Part shown: piece after piece, positions 1-13,625 of the stretch
Numbering within the stretch: the stretch's first letter is position 1
How the letters are laid out: the number at the start of each line of letters is the position of its first letter
NCBI RefSeq assembly: GCF_001194135.2
Contig: NC_068992.1
Location: forward strand, 27,619,709-27,683,708
Reading direction: 5' to 3'
Source of the DNA: Octopus bimaculoides
Taxonomy: Eukaryota
DNA length: 64,000 bases
Made by a program: the position numbers and the translations under genes
Notes under the pieces: model-generated
What the model saw: only the letters and a program-made list of their open reading frames with translations
Told to the model about the DNA's origin: nothing
The model's database searches: none

Positions 1-128
1 TCGCTTTGGCTCTTTGTTCCAACTTCCTACTTCCTGTCCATGAAAAAATCAGACTACAGCATACATGTGATCATATANNNNNNNNNNNNNNNNNNNNNNN
101 NNNNNNNNNNNNNNNNNNNNNNNNNNNN

Positions 129-165
<37 letters not shown>

Positions 166-2204
166 TATATTTGTGTGTCTGTGTCTCACCATCGCTTGAC
201 AACCAATGTTGGTGTGTTTACGTCCCCATAACTTAGAAGTTCGGCAAAAGAGACCAATAGAATAAGTATTAGGCTAACAAAGAATAAGTCCTGAAGTTGA
301 TTTGTTTTACTAAAGGTAGTGCTCCAGCATGGCTGCAGTCAAGTGCCTGAAACAAGTAAAAGAATAAAAGAATTATTTGTAAGAAGTTTGCTTCCCAACT
401 TGTTTCAGGTTCAGTCCAACTGCATGGCACTTGGGACAAGTGTCTTCTACTATAGCTTCAGGCCAGCCAAATACTTGAGTACCACATCTAATGCTAATGG
501 ACTGATAAGCATACACAGTGACCTTGCTTCTAAATTGACTCCAATTTATGTAATACAAATATTTGAGTAATACAAAAGAAGCCTATATTTGTGTGTGAAT
601 TTATGTGTATATATATGTGTGTGGTTTTGTTACTTTCTTTTCTTACATTGACATCATGTGATAATTAAAAGTGTTACTGTCATGCAAACAGTCTCCATTT
701 CCAATCTTCCATGAAAACATGTCTAGTTATGGGGAAATATTACCCTTGAAACGGGTAAGGGTTAGCAACAGGAAACTGCCTCAACAAATTCCACCCAACC
801 CAGTGAGCATGGATAGTGGACATTAAAACGATAATGGTGATAATATCTAAGTATTTCTATCCATTTGAACATAAGATAGGACCATAACATTTCTATTTAA
901 TACACTATATTTAGGAAACCAAAGCTTCCATATGGGAGCAGCAATCAAGAAGACAATGTGAAAAACATGACCGATTATAAATCATGATACATAAGGTAAA
1001 AAAAATTTGAAATAATTAAAACTAACCTATGCTGTTAAGATTACATAAGATGATACAGAGTTAAGTAAACTAGAAAAGAATAACCATAATATTAATAACT
1101 GTTAACTGTCTAATGTCCAAGATGATTTGTTGTTCATAAGATTTTGTATTTTCATATTATATTAAGAAATTAAATATTTTAAAATATTTATCTGATTCTT
1201 ATCATATAATATACTTAGGTACATAAATAGTGATAGATTGCATTTGAACAATGAATCTTTATTTCTAAACAAAAAGTGACAATGTTCTTGTTCACTAGAC
1301 CACTGATGTACAAACAAAAGAACCCATGAAATGTTTTTCTAATCCAATTCCTTGCACAAGTCAATGGTAGAAAAGTGAATGTTAGTGCGCTCACTTGGAA
1401 AATGCATCTACATGCATCAGTACCTAGGTACATAAGAATGTTATTACATCTAGTTTAGATATCATGATGGTATATATGCATTCATCATTAAGACACTTGA
1501 GGATAATAAGAAATCAACCAATTAAAACATAGTGGAGATATAAATATTAATAAATGTTGCATATCTAAAGGTAAAATTTATATTATATTGTTAAACATTA
1601 TGAATTTATGCTATACTCATGATATTTTATGTTGGCATAAAGCCAAAAATATGCACAGGAAGATAATTAAATTAATCTCAATAGAAGACTAATGATTGTT
1701 CTATTAACGTCAATGAGATAAATAACCAAATCAACCACAATGGAATTTGAACTCAGAAAGGGATAAAACTAAGTACTGTGAGACAGTTTGGTACTCTACA
1801 ATGTAAGAGTGGAAAATCCTGTCTGATAAAAAAAAAAGTCTGAAAATATTTGTAAAAATAATAAAAGCTTGACCTGTATCATAAATTGAACAATTTATCT
1901 TGCTAATTAACATCAAGAAATGGTCTTTCTTTCTATGGTCAAGAGTAACTTGACCAGAGTTATTATTATGGTTAGATGGTTATATGAAATCAAAATATTA
2001 ATTTATGACCATATACTAAATTTAAATCTTCAAGGAACTAGAAACAGTCATGAAATGAAGAACTAAAAAGTGAACTATTACATTAAATGTGACATAAACC
2101 TGTCCATAAGACACCAATAAAAATATCCAAGTGACATTATTATCCACTTGTACTCTAGTAGATTATTTCATATATATACATGTATGTATGCCTATATGTG
2201 TGAA

Positions 2205-2247
2205 TGCACACACACAGACACGCGTGTGTGCGTGTGTGTGTGTGTGT

Positions 2248-2290
<43 letters not shown>

Positions 2291-2347
2291 CATACATACA
2301 TACATACATACATACATACATACATACATACATACATACATACATAG
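2205..2347. repeat. Compound microsatellite (TG)n(TA)n(TACA)n, representative of many in the window
   Basis: Directly visible; similar tracts at 5283-5328, 11559-11640, 28149-28191, 35950-36100, 54837-54883 and elsewhere. Confidence 0.97.
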
Positions 2348-2404
2348 AGAAAAAATTGGCAGTTAGAATTTTGGATAACTCTTTATTATTAACGCTTTTG
2401 TTTG

Positions 2405-2477
2405 TTTAAGCGAACTCTTCAAGATAAGAATTAAAATCATTTTGATTTTAATTCCTATCTTGAAGAGTTCGTTTAAA
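2405..2477. repeat. Near-perfect 35-bp inverted repeat with a 3-nt loop
   Basis: tttaagcgaactcttcaagataagaattaaaatca-ttt-tgattttaattcctatcttgaagagttcgtttaaa; 2 mismatches. Confidence 0.9.
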
Positions 2478-5281
2478 TGAAAGTGCAAATAATGAATTAT
2501 CCAAAATTCTGACTGCCCCCTTTTTTCTCAATATACAATATCTGTACACCACTTCAAATACTCTATGCATATGTATGTATGTATGTATGTATGTCATTGT
2601 TCAGTTTATTTCAAGATTTCTTGCCAATAGAGAATGAGCCAATTTCTAACCTTATGTATGTACCTACGTATGTATACCCATGCCAGCATAAAACATGGAT
2701 GTTAAATGATGATGGGCATGTGTTATATGTATGTATAAATACAGAACCTGACAGAAATAGGGTGGGGGTTCAGTTTTTAGTGCTTCAACAATGTAAAACA
2801 GAACAAGATTAACCAAATTCTTATTTGTACTAATTTCAAAAATGATTCTTGAATTATACTAAAAATGTTAATTTACAAATTTTTAAGAAAATATGAAAAT
2901 GAGTAAATTTAATATACATTTTTTCTTAATCCACAATAGAGTTATACCACGATGGTACCACAAACTAATGAGCATGTCACTTTGATGCTGCTTAACCTAC
3001 AAGGAATAGCAACTAATTCCTTCTCAAATCACAATGAAAGATCGCACTGGACAATATAATCTTAAAAGATGAGATTTCACTACCAGAATGCCTCTGATTG
3101 TAAGTTTGCTTGATAAAAAATGACCAGGGATTTAACAAAACAAAAAGAAAACAATTATTACAATTTTATACTAAGTTGCTGTAACCTTTTACAAAAGAGA
3201 AATTAATTTTTAGATAGAACTCTACAATTTTATCTCATCATTTGATCTACAGTACTGAATGGAAAGTGAAAAGATACACTGATACATGAAAACTGTTATT
3301 GTGAAAACGTTCCTACTCACATGATTTAAGAACTGAACAAGTCAACTTGAGCATCTGTTTGTGTGTGAAGTGCATCTGCAGGTAATTAGCAGCCAGCAGA
3401 TATTTAAAATTAATATAACATCCAAATAGTAAATTTCTGTGAATATTGTTGCAGTCACAAGTTTACAATCTTTAGCAATAGTGTTATTCTACTAACTAAA
3501 GATGTGAAAATGGTAAATCCATTAAAAATAATGTTACATATGACTGGTAAAATGTATGTCAATAGAAAAGCAATAGCTTTTGAGTTGAGAAAGCAGAGAT
3601 ATTAGATTCTTTAAATTAGTATAGAAAAGGAATGGTTACAATTAAGAATGTTAACAAGAAGTATACCACTTATTCCGGCTGAATTTCTCTACAACACATT
3701 ATGTTACCATTTTTCTCTAAACTTCAGTTAACAAATCAAAGATTAATTTAAATACATTCCCATAGGTGAATTGGTAATAAATCCACTACATATCAAAGGA
3801 GCACATATTGGTGTGACTCATTAATATTCATTTCAATGAAGAGATAAGACACAAGATAAGTCAGTGCGCTGTTGAAGAATTTTTTGAAATATTTAGTATC
3901 TCTTTTTTTTGTAAGCACTCCAAAATGTTTCACTTTTTTGTTTCTTCATGGTTGATTGATTGTAATGAGCAGAAGAGCCTCTTGTTAAAAGACAAACTCC
4001 AACAGTTCAGTTTCAAAAGTCATTCAAGATTTGAAGATCTATCTAACCAGTTCTGTTATGAAAACAGTGAATTTAAAAAACAAAAAGAAAAAATATCAAC
4101 AGGATAATATTAATCAATACACTGCTCTATATAGCAATATATGTTTATTATCTAAAGAAATCAATTAGAGCAAATTGTTCCTGAAACACAAGTAAGCATA
4201 TCGTTTTTCATATTGCTTCACAAAAGCTAAAATGATGGACATGACAATAATTTAAAACTTGAGGTATTCATTTGAAGTTTGATCTTAGCTATTACAAAAC
4301 ATAACATTTGGTTCAATATTCTGTGTGTGTGTGTGTGTGTGTGTAATGGTATAAGTTAATTGGTTCTAAATATACTTCTTTTGCAACAAAAGATGTTTGC
4401 ATCATGGAATCCACAATTGGTTTTAAGGTAGAAAATATAAGTGTATTTGCATATTTAAGATATATGTCTTGGATATTAAGTCATTTCCATTTTCTAGTTA
4501 GAAACGAGCATTTGAAGAATTATAATTTTTTTCTTGTATCTTGTTTTGTTTTGTTTTTTTATATAAATTTGACATACAACTATATAGATGCCTGATATCT
4601 TCTCATCTTTTAAAAATATTTTTTATCTTTTAATCATGACAACATAAATAATATTGGATTAATTTTTCTTTGTGAGTTTATTTATGATACAAATGCATTT
4701 GTGGCATTAACAACTAAATAGTTGAGATAAATAGAATAGTTTATGGATGATTCTCCCAGTTGTCTGCTAATGTAAAGTTGACAAAACCTTGCAGCTGTTT
4801 TCAACTCATACAATGATTTTCAGATTAAATATCAGGTAGTGCCTGTCAAAACAATTGCACCTGATCAAAACTACATAAACTGAATGTCTGATAAAATACA
4901 CTATCAATATTCTAATTTCCAATGTGTGTCTTCAATAAAAGTGGTTTGGATATTGAAATTTAGTTTTAAAATTTTCATTACTTATAAGATCTCTCAAAAT
5001 CACCTGTGTCAAGTCAAAAAATGGCAATGATAATAATGCTACAGAGGAGGATGATAAACAAATATCATCATATTGATGAATAATCATCATCATGCTGTTC
5101 TTGATAATGATAATGATATAGTCTCAGCTGATAAAGATGTCAATTTATGTCAACTTAACAAAACTTCAAACATTCAATACAGAAAATAATATTTAACCTT
5201 ATATATTTCATTCTTTCTTGGTTTCTGATGTAACAAAAGATACTATATACTAAAAAAAAGTTGTGACTTTTAACTTGTCAA

Positions 5282-5329
<48 letters not shown>

Positions 5330-6784
5330 TGTGAGCATTTTATATGAGTTATATTTCAACTGGTGTTTCCAACTTATAAGCTACTCACCTGTAGCTTTTG
5401 TCTTTACTCACTGAACCTATGATGACTGATGTGATAGTTGTTATCATGCTGCTTCCCATAACAACCAGTGTTTTTGTATGCACAAAGCTAGAAAGAGGTC
5501 GATGAATATCTCACCACAAGTTACTTTATTGCAGTATAATGTGTACACACAAAGCGCGTGTGTGTGTGAGTATGTTTAAATGTGTGGGTGGGTGTATCTT
5601 TTAAAGTGTCTGTTTTTATTACATCAGGTTTTTTTATGGTATGCACATAAACAAACAAAAAAATCCCAAACTGCAAAGCAAATTATTATTGAAATCTACA
5701 CATTTCAGATGAATATAAGCAAAGTGGTTTCCTGCAAATATTTTGATGTTCATTAAAGTAACAATGGATATTTGGATGAGTTAGTAAGAAAGACATTCAC
5801 AGTATTAATTTAATATACACCAGCCTCTTGCCTGGCACAACTACTTGCAATGGTTCCACTCCCTCTCTCAGCTGAGAGGTCTCTGTTTTGCAAACTACTT
5901 GGCAACCATGCTGGTGCCACATAAAAAGCACCTGTGCTAGTGCTAGACAAAAAGCACTTGTGCTGGAGTCACATAAAAAGCACTCTGTAAAGTAGATGGC
6001 ATTAGGAAAGACATCCAGCCATAGAAACCATACTAAAACACAATTGGAGCCTGCTGCAGTTCTTTGGCTTCCCAACTCCTGTCAAATTCCAATCCACACC
6101 AGCATGGAAAACAGACATTAAATGATGATGATTACCACATGAAAACTAAAGTTCATTATATAACTTATTGTTTATATCAAGAGCTTAAAAGTATTTAACA
6201 GGTTGTTGTATCATAATTATGGTTTGTTCACAATTAGTAAATCTATGATACACATGCATCTAATAAGGTCTAAGTTTTTCTTTACCTATGTAACCAATCA
6301 AAAGGAGATGAAAGATTAAATTTCAAACAATTGGCCATTCTTGTTAGAATTGTGGATCAACCTTAAATTATGACATTAAATTTGTTTTCTCTTGACTTTT
6401 CAAGAGAAGTCATATACTTGAGAAAAGATAGCCATGTGAATAAGACATTGGACTAACAGTTCATAAAATAGACATTCAAATCCCACTGTTTTTATGAGCA
6501 GAACATTTTATTCAATATTTTTTTCAGTTTGTTTAGGTCAGGGATCAGCAACTTCTTTTATATGTAGGTCCAGTTTTGATTTTTCTTTTTTACATTTACC
6601 CATATACATTACATTTACCTCATATATCATATCTTATGCATGAAATTATTACCATATATCACCTCATTTCTATCACTGGCAATGCTTACATAAGCAAAAC
6701 TTAAAACAAATTAAGATGCAAAGGACAGACTAAAAGTCACTAATTACTCAATCACCTACAAATACATTCAACTTTTAAAATTTC

Positions 6785-8200
6785 TGGGAGCTCCTCTATG
6801 CTGATGACCTGGCCCTCATAGCAGAATCACTACCAGAACTAGAAAAGAAATTTCAGGTGTGGAAGCAAGGTTTAGAATCAAAAGGCCTTAGAATCAATGT
6901 AGCAAAGACTAAAGTTCTAGTAAGTAGGAAGGCGAACACATCACACACACCCTCAGGTAGGTAGCCCTGCTCGATGTGTAGAAAAGGTGTAGGTAGAAAC
7001 TCCATAAGATGTACCCAGTGTAAGCTATGGACACACAAGAGGTGTAGCAACATCAAAGGAAGATTAACCGAGAAGATAGCTTTCATGTGTAGCAGATGCA
7101 CAGTGTCAATAAACACCATAGATGCTCAGAAAACAGATTTCATCACATTCCAGGAGGAGAAACCAGAAGTAGTTGATAACTTCTGCTACCTAGGTGACCA
7201 AGTTAGTAGTGGGGGTGGATGCTCAGAGAGTGTTGCCACTAGAATAAGAATAGCCTGGGCAAAGTTTAGAAAGCTTCTACCCCTACTGGTGACAAAAGGC
7301 CTCTCACTCAGAGTGAAAGGCAGATTGTACGATGCATGTATGCGAACTGCCATGCTTCACGGCAGTGAAACATGGGCCATGACTGCGGAGGACATGCGTA
7401 GGCTCGAAAGAAATGAAGTTAGCATGATCCTCTGGATTTGTAATGTCAGTGTGCACGCACGACAGAGTGTAAGCGCCCTGAGAGACATGCTGGACATAAG
7501 AAGCATAGGATGTGGCATGCAAGAGGGACGTTTGCATTGGTATGGTCATGTACTATGGATGGATGAGGAGAGATGTGTGAAGAAGTGCCACTCCCAAACA
7601 GTTGAAGGAATTCGGAGTAGAGGTAGACCTAGGAAGACATAGGATAAGGTAGTCAAGCATGACCTTGAGCCTCACAGAGGCAATGACGTTGGGCCTCACA
7701 GAAGCAATGACGAAAGACCAAGACTTCTGGAGATATGCTGTGACTGCGAAGATCTGGCAAATAAAGTGAGTTCACGGCTGTATCCTACACCAGTTTTGCA
7801 TAACCAGCCCCAGCCCATTCAAAAGTACCTTGGATCATAGGGTGACCTGCTGTGCTTGAGGAGACCTATTGAGTCAAGTACATCAACATCAAAATGAAAA
7901 TCAGATGGAAACTGTAGTTGTGATACCCATGCCGGTGACATGTAAAAAGCACCAACCAATCATGGCCGTTGCCAGCCTCCTCTGTGACACGTATCCTCTG
8001 TGATACCCGTGCCGGTGACACGTAAAAAGCACCCACTACACATATGGAGTGGTTGGTATTAGGAACAGCATCCAGCTGTAGAAACACTGCCAGATCAGAC
8101 TGGAGCCTGGTGCAGCCTCCTGGCTTCCCAGACCCCGGTCGAACCATCCAACCCATGCTAGCATGGAAAATGGACGTTAAACGATGATGATAATGATGAT
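6785..8200 (+). mobile_element. 5'-truncated RTE-clade LINE: RT C-terminal half with an embedded PHD-like zinc finger, 3' UTR and (GAT)n tail
   Basis: Frame from 6785 reads WELLYADDLALIAES...GLRINVAKTKV (YADD motif), with one TAG at 6962, then ORF 6974-7642 with F.YLG, YDACMRTAMLHGSETW, RLHWYGHVLWM and RGRPRKTW-like motifs typical of RTE. Ends in gatgatgataatgatgat at ~8183-8200. Confidence 0.92.
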
Positions 8201-8662
8201 ATATATATATATACATATATAAATACACACATTCATATACATGCATATATATATATGTGCACAAAAACACACACACATTTATATACACAAATATATATAC
8301 ATATATATGTACACACACACCCATTTATATCACTATATATGCACACACACACCCATTTATATCAATATATATGCACACACACACTCATGTGTATATACAT
8401 CTCAATAATACTAAAATTCTAGAGATGTTTGTGCGTACCTAAAATATCTCAGAAATAGTATATTTTATCTTAATGTTTTTTCATATTTATTTTCATACTT
8501 ACCTGCAGTAGTGTAGTACAAATTTTTGTGATATTTGGACCTCTATTTAAACGATTAAACACATTTTGACACACACAATATTTTAATCATTTAGAAATAT
8601 TTTTAACTGAATGTGGTTTCATCATCCAGAGTTCATTAATTTCCGTAAAAAATTTTTATTCA

Positions 8663-8824
8663 TTTACTTTTGTTTCAAAGTGAAAGAGAGGAGAAAGTGA
8701 AAGAGAGGAGAAAGTGAAAGAGAGGAGAAAGTGAAAGAGAGGAGAAAGTGAAAGAGAGGAGAAAGTGTATGTACGCGTATATGAAACGGACATGTGTGTG
8801 TGAAAGAGAGAGAAAGAGACAGGA

Positions 8825-8861
<37 letters not shown>

Positions 8862-9088
8862 AAGAGAGAGTGAGTGAGCGAATGGATGTGTTGTCATGTA
8901 TACATACATACATCAATACATATGCGTACATCTTTTGTGCATGTATGTGTGTGTGTGAGAGAGAGTGAATGTATGTATTCTCATGTATGTGTAAGTGGAT
9001 CTCTCTCTCACATACACACATGTCAATTTCATATGTCCGTTCCTGCATCTTCCACTTTCTCCTCTCTTTCACTTTAAAACAAAGGTAA
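8663..9088. mobile_element. Palindromic MITE-like element with ~37-bp terminal inverted repeats, an internal 17-bp tandem array and (GA)n/(TG)n
   Basis: Left ttacttttgtttcaaagtgaaagagaggagaaagtg matches the reverse complement of the right end (ttacctttgttttaaagtgaaagagaggagaaagtg). aaagtgaaagagaggag is repeated ~5x at 8677-8766. Confidence 0.65.
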
Positions 9089-9939
9089 CATGATTTTTCA
9101 GGATAAAAATTCTTAAAAAATAGTTTCTACTCATGTAAAATTCACACACAAAAGTTTTTAGAATTGCCAATTTGGCCAGAGGGAAAAGATTTTCAATTTA
9201 GTTGTATTTAGCATAATTTTACTCACTTATGATTAGATTTTATTAAACTTTCATTAGATTTAAGCCCTTAATTATTTTGTAAATCTTATTCTGACATTAA
9301 ATGAGTTAACTTCTGGTACAAATGTTTACATTTAGTAACTCTCTAAGAAAAAAAAAATGTTGACTTTTTGACGTACACACACAATGACATAGAGAAATAT
9401 ATTTTTTGCGGATTATTACTTATAGTTTCATCATTTCAGATTTTATTCTATTTTATTCATTTGGTATTTGTAATCTCTTTGTTGATTTGATTTAATTTTC
9501 TTAATACATTACATACAAAATAAAAAAAACTGATCAATTATGCCACATGGAAAGAGATGGGGATCATCATGGTCAAGAGATGATGCCAAAAGGCATCAGA
9601 AAGAAGCAAGGACAAAGAGATAACAGGAAACATGCAGCAACTTAAAAGACGTTTACATTGAATAAAGAAGTTCTAGAGAAAATATGTAAACTAAAGACAC
9701 TTTTACGGGTTTTCCTTATATTTAGATTTAATCAGAGTACATTGAAGCAAAATGGCAAGTGATTTCTTTAACGGTATGACGCTGTAGATAATATGTCAGT
9801 CGTTGAATGAACTGTTTTAGGGTATGTATTAACTGATATTACTCATATATTAAAACATATTCATGCATCCAACCACCATCCAAACAACCATATACTCCGC
9901 TCCCTATTTCTGGGAATGTCCAGGAGTGCCCAACTAGAA

Positions 9940-10422
9940 GCGATCGTTAATAGAGGTTCCGACAGTATTTTCAGCATGACCAACTGGAACTGCAAAAGTT
10001 ATCCATCTATCTAGGTTTTGATTTACGAACAGCACGCCCAGCAGATGGCTCTGATTGAAACATCGGTCTTGCAAATGTTTGAGATGACGGCAGAACAACA
10101 GCAGGATAACAGAGACACGCAACAAAAAAGGAGGCAAGAGAGACTGAGGAAGATAGGAATGCACACCTCCAGGATGTAAGACAAAGAACAAATAGCAAAA
10201 GACTTGCAGAAACGCCTGAGATGAAGGCTGCACAACTCTTAAACAACAGGGTGAGGAAAGAAAGAAGGACAGAGGGAGCAATGGAAGGAAATGGATCCAC
10301 TCTTTCTGCTGATAAATTAGGTTAAATATATATACATGCATAAGTACCGTGAATTCCCATTCTACAAACTGGCTAACAGTTCCGTGAATACTTTACCAGG
10401 CAACGCTGGGTAGTAAGTCTAG
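9940..10422 (+). mobile_element. Helitron-derived relic (STPR-like charged repeats plus a 3' hairpin-CTAG terminus)
   Basis: Frameshifted peptide ..TAEQQQDNRDTQQKRRQE / ETEEDRNAHLQDVRQRTNSKRLAETPEMKAAQL resembles the ET.E.R..RL repeats of Helitron N-termini. ccaggcaacgctggg hairpin at 10396-10410 is followed by CTAG|T at 10419-10423. Confidence 0.5.
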
Positions 10423-10554
10423 TGTGTATGTATAAATATATATATATATATATATATACATACACACACATGTACATTTATATCCATGTACACACACATA
10501 TATATATACACACATTTTTATATATACATATATATCATCCCTAGGGGAACTGTA

Positions 10555-10760
10555 CTAGGATCACCACGGTGGATCTCTCCAACATGTCTTCAATAATACA
10601 GTCAACCACTCTCAGAAGCAGGCTGATGATACAAAATTATAAGCAGTCAAGTACCCTGTAGATACCTGAAAACTACAGAAAGATTTGAACGCACTGCACA
10701 AGTTGGCTGAAGAAAACAATATGCAATTGACTGGCTGGTTGGATTCTGAGATCATTTGGA
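10555..10760 (+). mobile_element. CR1/L2-group LINE reverse transcriptase fragment
   Basis: Translates to (Q)ADDTKL...LQKDLNALHKLAEENNMQL, matching the FADDTKL...LQ.DL..L..W...N.M.F pattern. Confidence 0.7.
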
Positions 10761-11385
10761 ACATGAAAAAACATGCTGCTCCTCTGATGAACATTCATGC
10801 TCAAACATCTGGAAACTGTGTGGAAGCTTGTCGTACATGTGCAAATGAATGTATGTGTGTGTGTGTGTTCGTATGCTGTGCACAAATGCACAACACATAC
10901 TCTTGCATTTAAATACACACACACAAGTATGCAAGTGTGAAAATAAATGTTTATACTGTTATGTGTAGTAGTTTAGTTAGTGCTTCTGAATTCAATCCAT
11001 GTGTTAGTAAAAATATATAAACTCTGGTTCAAGCAACATAACAAGCAGGAGAGTGACTATTAGGAGAATATATTCACTATGGACAATGGAATGAGAACAA
11101 TCTACTCCAGGGGATTTAATAAAGTGTTTGGTTTAATATTAAAAGAACATTACTGAGTAGGACAGGCAGAATTTACAACAATCGAAACATTGTGGCTATA
11201 ACAATCAAGAAGATACTTCTCCAAATATATCAATACATGTTTCTATCTTACTAGACCTCATTAATGAAGTTTTACCTTTACATAACAAGCCTTAGAGTGA
11301 CTGGGAGAATAATGATTTTGAGTGAAAAACATTCATTGATTAGAGAGGTTAAAATGTCTAGTAAGACATAGAAATTGTGGTGGGG

Positions 11386-11416
<31 letters not shown>

Positions 11417-11554
11417 ATTTAAATGAATGTGGTCTATTGTCAACAGTAAGATCAGAAAAAGTGAAAGCAGTAGAAGAAAGAACAACATTGATTTATCAGC
11501 ATCTCTCAAACTGACACATACACATGTTTACTTATACACGTATCAATGTAGACC

Positions 11555-11621
<67 letters not shown>

Positions 11622-13625
11622 TCACACATGCACACACACACAAAGATGTTCACATGAAGCATTATACTTTGTTCGCTTATTTTGTTTTTTGTTTTTACTT
11701 CTTATGGTGTTATTATTTGATGTTATTGATCCTTATTAGACTTATCTATATTGCATGTTGCTCTTAACCCCAATCCAGTAATGGTGTCATCATCGTCATG
11801 ACATCATAACTATCATCATTGTCTGTGATGACATGATACAGTGCTGCATCATCATCAGTACTGCAACTAAATGGAGCTCAAGTACAACTTACCACTACTA
11901 TTCTTCTCAATTTTGTTTCATCTTTTCTGTGAGGCCCTCAGATCCTATAATCGCCTGACTATGTCTTCCCATGTTTTTATTTTTTTTTATTTTTCCCCTC
12001 TATCACAAGTAGTTTCCACTGTCAGTACATAGTAACTTTTTAATCTCACTAGAATCATCCATTCCTGTGTCCATACCAGTGCAACAGGTTCCTAACATGT
12101 AATAGACGTCCAGCTGGAGTTGATTGAATTGTCTTTAGCCATCCTCCAACAAACTTCTGGTCTTCTGCCAAAGTTAGGAATTCATCATTATAACAGGAAG
12201 AGCAAAAACAAAAGTAAACCAGACCATGGCTTATTAACCTTATTATATCATGTCAGGTTTCTAAATTTAAATCCTATCAGAAATAACTGTTTATGATTAA
12301 AAATAAATAAGTACAAGTAATGAACTAGAACCAATTGAATTTACAAGAACTTCTATGTGACCATGCTCATGTTAGAAATAGCAGCCAAATATTCACGAAG
12401 CTACACGCCACAGCCCTATAAAAAGGGCAGGACATGTAAGACAACTTTATTCAACATTTACTCCTAAAAAGACAGGATGGTTATGGTTGGAATACCTTTG
12501 AGCATGGGCTCAGTCCAGTCACGATTATGGATGGAATACCTTTGAACATGGGATTAAAAGCAATAACAACAACATTTTTTTATTCTAAAAATTTAACCTT
12601 CTACTTAGCCCAAAATAATTCTTCTTTATTGATAAGATATATAAAAAATTTTATAGGTTAGATATTAATTATTAAACTTATTCTTAGTATGTATACATAT
12701 ACACATACAAATTATATAAATATATGGTGTTGACTATATACCTGTACAATTCTTTTGTTTTTATTTCTTAATACATGTCATTATTTTTTATGGTGGTCAG
12801 TAAATGGAAACAAAAAAAAATCCTCTCTCCCTTCTAACATCAATATTCCATTTATCATCAATATCTTATTTATAAATACTGTAAAACAAGATACAAGCTT
12901 CCAGTCAGTTATGGTTGTAATGCAATTCAGTGCTTCATTGATACAACTTCACTTCATCCTGCTAATGCCCCTGTGAAAGCTATGAACATCCAAACATCTC
13001 TTTTTCTGTTATGCCTTCTTATAACAGACCTTTGTGACAAGTAAAGAAGCCAATATTTTCTTTATAATTAGAAAGGCCAACAGGTTACTATACTATAAAT
13101 GCATTAAAGTATTTCATTTCTTCTTTCTTAGTTTGAAGTTTAATCCCCTTTCAGAATCAACCTTGCCTTTTATCCCTACACAGACAATGAAATAAATACC
13201 AGTAATCAATCAACTATATGCCTACCCACAACAAAATATTACCCTTGCATCTAATCAAAAATATTTTGATGTTTGATAGTTGGGGGTGGGATATAAAATT
13301 TTCTATAAAAAAATAAAAAATATAGCTTCTTTTTCTTTTCTCTTTAACCTACTTTTAAAGTAATAAAAAATATTAATATATCATGTGGGTTTACATAAAT
13401 GTGTCTATTTTAAGGAGAATGTTTGTAAGTTCTTGCATTCTTTCTTTTGTACTTAATGGATAACATTTCTGTTGAATATCTTTCACTTTTTTATCTAAAG
13501 TATAGAATTAGTTTTTGGATACAAATTTTATCATAAGAAAGTAACAAAGGATATTGACTAAAATAAATGAGAAGGGTATGAATAAGAAAATTAATTATAC
13601 CTAACTATTCAGCAAAAGTTACTTT

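Noticed and set aside
2131-2409. ORFs rich in YI/HT/CV repeats (also 7866-8442, 11427-11739, 31663-31957, 35889-36193 and others)
   Set aside because: They are translations of microsatellites, not genes.
3925-4191. Charged ORF and downstream donor as an exon
   Set aside because: In-frame stops, and no splice combination with compatible phase.
8677-8766. 17-bp repeat as a possible CRISPR array
   Set aside because: Contiguous tandem units with no spacers, in a eukaryotic context.
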